The position numbers and the translations under genes are program-made. Positions 58,801 through 64,000 of a stretch of DNA of 64,000 bases are shown one piece after another (within the stretch, counting starts at the first letter, position 1; every line of letters begins with the position of its first letter). Source of the DNA: an uncultured Erysipelotrichaceae bacterium (GTDB taxonomy: Bacteria > Bacillota_I > Bacilli_A > RFN20 > CAG-288); contig CACYCE010000022.1 of assembly GCA_902772915.1 (NCBI GenBank), forward strand, positions 21,760 to 85,759, given 5' to 3'. Under the pieces are notes generated by a model. That model was not told the origin of the DNA. It worked only from the letters and a program-made list of their open reading frames with translations, and ran no database searches.

Positions 58801-59914
58801 AATTGTTATCTAAACTTCTAATCGGAGTGATAACTTGAGTGATAGTTTCATCATCAGATTTAACTAAGAACGCTCTGTTTTCACCACAGAAAGATAAATT
58901 AACTCTATCTGAATTTAAAGCTTTAATAGCATCAGTGACATAATTAGCGTTAAATACAATCGAGAAATTATCTCCTCTGAAGACTGCATTAGATAATTCT
59001 TCATCAGAACTACCGATATTTACATCTTTTGAAGACAATTTAATTTTGTCTCCAATGTGAGTTACTAAAATCTTAGTGTTTCCTACGATAGTGATACGAT
59101 CAACTGCAGCGATAAATTCTTTAGAATTAACTTCCAATTCATATCTAATATCAACAGGAATAATTCTTTCAACATTAGGAAATTCACCATTATATAACTT
59201 AGAAGAAATAGTAGTATTTCCAATTTGGAATAAAACTTTAGCGACATCGACAATTAAAATAACCTCCTTTTCAGAAGATAATTTAGATACGACTTGTAAA
59301 GTTTTAGAAGGAACGGTAATCGAAACGTGATGTTCGCCTTCAATAGGAATATATTTTCTCGCTAATCTGAACGAATCAGTAGCGACGAAAGTTAATTTAC
59401 CTTCTTTTACAGAGATGTTGATGCCTTTAAATAATTCTTTAGGTCCGTTAGAGGCGACAGCAAAGGAAGTAGCTTGATAGAGAGAATTAAATTCACCAGG
59501 TTTAATTTGAATAATTTCTTTAGAAGAAGAAACTAAATCAATTTCAGGATAGTCTTCAGCTCTCATGACATTTAAATTGAAGTTACTTCTTTCATCTGAG
59601 ACTAAGAGAATCGAGGAATCTACTAAATTTAAACTTACAATATCAGATTGCAAATTCTTGACTATATCTAATAAATATTTAGCAGGAATTTGAACACTTC
59701 CTACTTCGGAATTAATAATTGGACTATCTTCACCTTCAGTAGAAAGAACATTCTTGATTGAAAAATCATCGTTAGAAGCTAAAACAGAAACTTGATTTTC
59801 TTCAATTTTAATTAGAAAATTTTTGAAAGCAGGCTCCGTAGTTGCTGAAGGAATAGCATCGTAAGCAGTCTCTAAAATCTTTTGAAAAGCTTGACGTTTA
59901 ACTGTAAGTTTCAT
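58799..59914 (-). CDS. dnaN: DNA polymerase III beta sliding clamp
   Basis: 371 aa with the three-domain clamp architecture. Confidence 0.9.
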   Translation of the reverse strand: MKLTVKRQAFQKILETAYDAIPSATTEPAFKNFLIKIEENQVSVLASNDDFSIKNVLSTEGEDSPIINSEVGSVQIPAKYLLDIVKNLQSDIVSLNLVDSSILLVSDERSNFNLNVMRAEDYPEIDLVSSSKEIIQIKPGEFNSLYQATSFAVASNGPKELFKGINISVKEGKLTFVATDSFRLARKYIPIEGEHHVSITVPSKTLQVVSKLSSEKEVILIVDVAKVLFQIGNTTISSKLYNGEFPNVERIIPVDIRYELEVNSKEFIAAVDRITIVGNTKILVTHIGDKIKLSSKDVNIGSSDEELSNAVFRGDNFSIVFNANYVTDAIKALNSDRVNLSFCGENRAFLVKSDDETITQVITPIRSLDNN

Positions 59915-60164
59915 TATAAATAATTCCTTTCATTAATAATGATAATAATAAGTTGTGTGAATTAGGTGAATAAGGTGGAAAACTCTACCTTTTACCGTGA
60001 TTCAAACCCATATATATTATACCAATTATATGAGTATAATTAACTAAAAAATATCATTTTTTTATGATTAATTTTTAGTGCTATTTTATCGACAAATTAT
60101 CCACACTTTTCTAAGTTAATAACATGTCGTTTATCAACATAAAAAAACTGGATTTTCACCCAGT
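59915..60164. other. dnaA-dnaN intergenic oriC segment (AT-rich, DnaA box TTATCCACA at about 60097-60105, dnaA terminator at about 60141-60166)
   Basis: One perfect DnaA box plus GTGAAT-like repeats. Very AT-rich, a likely DUE. Typical bipartite Firmicutes-type oriC arrangement. Confidence 0.5.
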
Positions 60165-61538
60165 TTAATTTTTTAAATTAGCTTCTAATTTAGAGATAGC
60201 TTTTTTCATACCAGTATCAGATTTAAGAAGATCTTCTACTTTAGTACACGCTGCCATGACAGTTGAGTGATCTTTACCGTTGAATGACTTACCGATTTGT
60301 GAATAAGACATATCTAATAATTTGCGGCATAGATACATCGCTATAGATCTAGCTAGAGCGATTTGATTAGTTCTAATTTTAGAAAGTATTTGAGATTCAG
60401 TCAACGAATAATATTTTGCGACTTCTTCAATGATAGTTTCGGAATTTAATTTGTCGTGCTTAGTTAAACCATTGTCATCATTGAATGCTCTTTTAGTGAG
60501 TTCTAAAGTAATTCTATTAGTGTTACCAGACGTGATATTGAAAAACATTATTTTATTTAAGGCACCTTCTAATACACGAATGTTTTTAGAATTATTTTCA
60601 GCTATGTAAGTAAGAGCATCATCATCGAATAAATTAGGATCAAAACCGTTGGCTTTAATCTTAGTTTTTAAGATTTCAATTAAAGTTTTCTTTTCAGGCT
60701 TTTCAATAGAGACTGATAAACCTTGAGAGAATCTTGAAACTAATCTATCTTCTAAACCATTTAAATCCTTAGGAGGGCGATCAGAAGTAATGACGATTTG
60801 CTTGTTGGATGCTACTAACATATTAAAAATGTTAAAAAACATTGTTCCAGTTGCTTTTCTATCTGCTAAGAATTGAATATCATCAATCAATAGGAAATCG
60901 ATAGAACGGAAGAATTCTTTCAAAGATTCTTTATCAGATTCAGCTTGAACAAATTTGACAAATTCATCGATAAAATCATCAGAAGTGATGTATAAGACTT
61001 TAAATGTAGGATTCTTATTTTTAACTTCGTTACCTATAGCGTGAAGTAAGTGAGTCTTACCTAGACCGGATTTAGAGTAAATAAATAAAGGATTTAAAGA
61101 GCCTTGTTTCTTAGAGACAAACAAAGAAGCCTGGAAAGCTTCGTTATTAGATTTACCAACGACAAAATTTTCAAAAGTATATTCGCTCTTCAAAAAAGAA
61201 TTCTTAAAGAAAGTTTTCTTTTCAGGCATTTCTATAACTTCATTTTGTTTGAATTTTTTCATATCGTTATTAGAAAAAACTAATACTTCATATTTAGATT
61301 GCGTCACTTTAGAAATCACATCTGAAATGAGATTGGAATAGTGATCTGAAGAAAGTATTTTTTTAGCTACTTCAGTATTGGTAACTATCACAGCCTTATT
61401 CTTTTCCAATGAATATAAAAAAGCAGGTTGAATGAAATTTAAAAATAACGCTTTATCGTTGATTGAAGTTTCTAATAATTCTAAAGATTTGTTCCAAATA
61501 GTAGTGAGTTGTTCATTTTTAGAAACCATAACCCTCAT
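60165..61538 (-). CDS. dnaA: Chromosomal replication initiator DnaA
   Basis: 457 aa. AAA+ Walker A GKSGLGKTHLLHAIGNE and the C-terminal DNA-binding domain (HSTVMAACTKV). Confidence 0.95.
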   Translation of the reverse strand: MRVMVSKNEQLTTIWNKSLELLETSINDKALFLNFIQPAFLYSLEKNKAVIVTNTEVAKKILSSDHYSNLISDVISKVTQSKYEVLVFSNNDMKKFKQNEVIEMPEKKTFFKNSFLKSEYTFENFVVGKSNNEAFQASLFVSKKQGSLNPLFIYSKSGLGKTHLLHAIGNEVKNKNPTFKVLYITSDDFIDEFVKFVQAESDKESLKEFFRSIDFLLIDDIQFLADRKATGTMFFNIFNMLVASNKQIVITSDRPPKDLNGLEDRLVSRFSQGLSVSIEKPEKKTLIEILKTKIKANGFDPNLFDDDALTYIAENNSKNIRVLEGALNKIMFFNITSGNTNRITLELTKRAFNDDNGLTKHDKLNSETIIEEVAKYYSLTESQILSKIRTNQIALARSIAMYLCRKLLDMSYSQIGKSFNGKDHSTVMAACTKVEDLLKSDTGMKKAISKLEANLKN

Positions 61539-61584
61539 CCTCCACGACTTTGATTATATACCTGAAAACACTTTAAAATTTAAA

Positions 61585-61695
61585 GATGTGGATAACTTTT
61601 TACAATGTTGAAAGTTATCCACAATTCAAATTCTAAAAAACACCTATATTTAAGCACTATTAATAGTTATCCACAAGTACAAATGTGGATAAATT
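61585..61695. other. Cluster of four consensus DnaA boxes (oriC, dnaA-upstream part)
   Basis: TGTGGATAA at about 61587 and about 61684, TTATCCACA at about 61615 and about 61667. All are perfect 9-mers within 110 bp. Confidence 0.75.
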
Positions 61696-61864
61696 TATCT
61701 AAAAAAATATTGACAATATCTTTTTGTTGATAGCGTGGAAAGTTTTTAACAATTTTAAAACTATCAACATTTAAATAAAGGCTTAAATACTTATCTTTTA
61801 AACTGTATTCACAAATAAAAAAACACGATATTCACACCGTGTTAATAATTTAATTTGCCCACAA

Positions 61865-62059
61865 TTATTGAATTTTACTTAATTCTTTAGGTAAATAAAA
61901 TAATTGAGCGTGAGGGTGAGAAGGAACTGTAAAAATTTCAACTAGGAATTCTTTGATATTTCCTTGTTCATCATCTTTAGTTCCAATTATTGCTCCTACG
62001 CTTGCTACGGGGATGTCTTCTTTTTCTACTTTTGTAGAGACAATGTCATTTAATTTCAT
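61865..62059 (-). CDS. Small hypothetical protein (DUF4926-like?)
   Basis: 64 aa. The pattern VGAIIG ... FLVEIFT resembles small DUF4926 proteins. A terminator hairpin follows at about 61827-61848. Confidence 0.3.
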   Translation of the reverse strand: MKLNDIVSTKVEKEDIPVASVGAIIGTKDDEQGNIKEFLVEIFTVPSHPHAQLFYLPKELSKIQ

Positions 62060-62118
62060 ACTTTAATATTATAAATAAAAAAAGAAAGAAAAGAACTGCG
62101 AAGTATATTTTCGCAGTT

Positions 62119-62517
62119 CTATTTGGTTTTAGAATTTTTAATTTGATTTTTAATTTGATTTCTAGCTTCTCTTAATTTCTTCTTACGAGAACGCTTTTTC
62201 TTCAATTCTGATAATTCCTTATTTCTTTGTTCAATCAAAGAATAATAATTGTTTCTTTCATCGATAGAAGAAAAATTTCTTTTAGGACGACCTTTTAAGG
62301 TTGAAACAGATTTATCAGCTTTACCTCTTTTATCTACAAAAGCATCTTCCCCATATAATTGATAACTCTTACACCATTTAAGAACTGATTCTTGAGAAGC
62401 GATATTATATTTTTCAGCAATTTCAAAATAAGGTGCTCCAGTTTCTAAACGTTCTTTAACAACCGCAAGCTTAACTTCAGCTGAATAGCAATTAAATTTC
62501 TGACCTTTGGATGCCAT
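62119..62517 (-). CDS. Orphan IS3-family transposase OrfA-like HTH protein (no OrfB and no inverted repeats seen)
   Basis: The N-terminus YSAEVKLAVVKERLETGAPYFEIAEKYNIASQESVLKWCKSYQLYGEDAF matches the IS3/IS150 OrfA HTH. The basic, leucine-zipper-like tail is intact. The first ATG is 2 codons after the track's TTG start. Confidence 0.5.
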   Translation of the reverse strand: MASKGQKFNCYSAEVKLAVVKERLETGAPYFEIAEKYNIASQESVLKWCKSYQLYGEDAFVDKRGKADKSVSTLKGRPKRNFSSIDERNNYYSLIEQRNKELSELKKKRSRKKKLREARNQIKNQIKNSKTK

Positions 62518-62726
62518 AATCAACTCCTTCTTGGCACTATATTAATCTATTACAATTAATTGTAATTTATTTTATCATAATAACTTTTCAAATAACATAT
62601 TTATTTAAAAATATGAAATTAACAATGATTTAATTTTAAATTCTAACAAAAAAATAATTGAGAAATTAAAAGAATGCTCATTTAAGTTAGTTTATTTTAT
62701 AATAATTAAAGTTGAGGAATTATAAG

Positions 62727-63923
62727 ATGAATTTAGTAGAAAAATTTTTAAAATATGTCTCGTTTGAAACTACATCATACGAAGTAAAAGAAGATAGAGC
62801 TTCTTCTGATTTAGAATACTTACTTTCGGAAGAGATGAAAAAAGAATTAGAAGAATTAGGTGGACAAGATATTTACATTAATAAATTTGGCACAGTCTAC
62901 GCTTATTTCCCTGGGGAAATTGAAAGGGAGCCTTTAGCTTTAATAGCTCATATGGATACTTCTTCTCAGGCTTCCGGAAAAGATGTTAAGCCTCGTATTA
63001 TTAAAAATTACGATGGAAAAGATATTGAATTATCAAAAGGTATAGTAATGTCTACTAAAGATTTTCCTTCTTTAAAAGATGTTAAGGGTGATGATTTAAT
63101 TGTCACTGACGGGAAAACTTTATTAGGAGGAGACGATAAAGCCGGTATAGCTATTATCATGCAAGCTTTAGAGAATATTATTAAGAGCAATAAAAAACAT
63201 ATTCCTTTAGAAGTTATCTTTACTACCGATGAAGAAATAGGTGTTGGAGCAAGTCACATTGATGTCGATAGACTTAAATCAAAATACGGATATACAGTCG
63301 ATGGTGGAGATATAAAAAATATAAATTATGAAAATTTCAACGCTTCTAGTATGACTGTTACAGTTAAAGGTCGTTCTATTCACCCTGGTTCTGCTAAAGA
63401 CAAGATGATTAACGCTTTAAATGTCGCTATCGATTTCCACAATTCCTTACCTAGATATATGAGACCTGAAGACACGGAATTAAGAGAAGGTTTCTATCAT
63501 CTGCTTTCTTTAAATGGAAGTGAAGACGAAGCGAAAGCTTTATATATTATTAGAGATCACGACTTTAATAAACTTGAATTTATGGAAGATTACGCCAAAT
63601 TAGCAGCGAAGAGAATTAATGATTCTTATGGAAGTGAGATTATTAAAGTCGAGACTAAGTTATCTTATAAGAATATGAAAGAGATTATTGATAAGCATTA
63701 TGAAATAGTTGAACAAATAGTCTCCATTTATAAAGAATTAGGTTACGAATATCAATTTGAAGCGGTTAGAGGTGGTACTGATGGTGCGGAATTAACCGTC
63801 TTTAACAATTTCCCTTGCCCTAATTTAGGTACTGGAGATTTCAATTGTCACGGCAGATTTGAATATGTCTCTATAAATCAGATGGAAAAAGGTGTAAATA
63901 TTATTAAAAAGCTCATTCAATAA
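62727..63923 (+). CDS. pepT: Peptidase T (tripeptide aminopeptidase, M20B)
   Basis: PepT-like N-terminus MNLVEKFLKYVSFETTSYE. M20 metal ligands in HMDT, GGDDKAG and EEIG contexts. Start reassigned to the ATG after GAGGAA (the track begins at an upstream TTG). Confidence 0.85.
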   Translation: MNLVEKFLKYVSFETTSYEVKEDRASSDLEYLLSEEMKKELEELGGQDIYINKFGTVYAYFPGEIEREPLALIAHMDTSSQASGKDVKPRIIKNYDGKDIELSKGIVMSTKDFPSLKDVKGDDLIVTDGKTLLGGDDKAGIAIIMQALENIIKSNKKHIPLEVIFTTDEEIGVGASHIDVDRLKSKYGYTVDGGDIKNINYENFNASSMTVTVKGRSIHPGSAKDKMINALNVAIDFHNSLPRYMRPEDTELREGFYHLLSLNGSEDEAKALYIIRDHDFNKLEFMEDYAKLAAKRINDSYGSEIIKVETKLSYKNMKEIIDKHYEIVEQIVSIYKELGYEYQFEAVRGGTDGAELTVFNNFPCPNLGTGDFNCHGRFEYVSINQMEKGVNIIKKLIQ

Positions 63924-64000
63924 AAAAGAAACGGAATAACGAGGAGATCCCTTAAGAACGATAACTATCTGGAATCCAAGCTGGGTAGTTTTTTATATTG

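Noticed and set aside
1-64000. CRISPR arrays, prophage or integrase modules, complete IS elements
   Set aside because: No spaced direct-repeat arrays in non-coding DNA and no phage structural or integrase genes. The only transposase-like gene (62119-62517) lacks an OrfB and terminal repeats.
1-64000. Mycoplasma-type genetic code (TGA=Trp)
   Set aside because: TGA terminates at least one well-supported gene (the esterase at 41959) inside a terminator loop. Trp residues in conserved positions (FeoB, GyrA) are encoded by TGG. Long conserved genes are intact under the standard code.

Overview
AT-rich (roughly 30% GC) bacterial chromosome segment that uses the standard genetic code: TGA acts as a stop (for example at the esterase gene) and Trp is TGG. 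The gene content looks like low-GC Firmicutes, Erysipelotrichia or Acholeplasma, not Mycoplasma. The window covers the replication-origin neighbourhood. On the minus strand it reads dnaA-dnaN-yaaA-recF-gyrB-gyrA, then a glycosyltransferase, rpmH-rnpA-yidC-jag-mnmE, tatD-rnmV-ksgA, ispE and prs. DnaA-box clusters sit upstream of dnaA (about 61.59-61.69 kb) and between dnaA and dnaN. Other identifiable content: a ferrous-iron uptake locus (feoA-feoA-feoB, a small membrane protein, an HMA metallochaperone and an Fe-type ADH) with a divergent DtxR/MntR-family repressor and a DtxR-box-like inverted repeat; a CDF metal exporter; lysS, truB-ribF and rpsO; a lysine riboswitch (L-box) with an intrinsic terminator in front of an amino-acid ABC transporter; pflB-pflA; an M16C peptidase; a carbohydrate cluster (GH28-like, HAD hydrolase, galM, GH3); ktrB and ktrA split by a DUF4422 gene; udk; and a three-tRNA cluster (Ala-GGC, Met-CAU, a second CAU tRNA that is probably Ile2). 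No CRISPR array, prophage or complete IS element was seen. The stretches that remain unexplained and most deserve follow-up are: (a) a translationally coupled pair of unknown proteins (16716-18490) downstream of an HI0933-family flavoprotein; (b) a 724-aa membrane protein with an E/P/K-rich tandem-repeat linker and four YegP/DUF1508 domains; (c) an XRE regulator plus partner pair sharing a PFL..E(E/D) repeat; (d) a roughly 200-nt GC-rich structured segment between convergent terminators (6.67-6.88 kb); (e) an orphan IS3-like OrfA beside oriC. Non-ORF coordinates are hand-counted and may be off by 1-2 nt.
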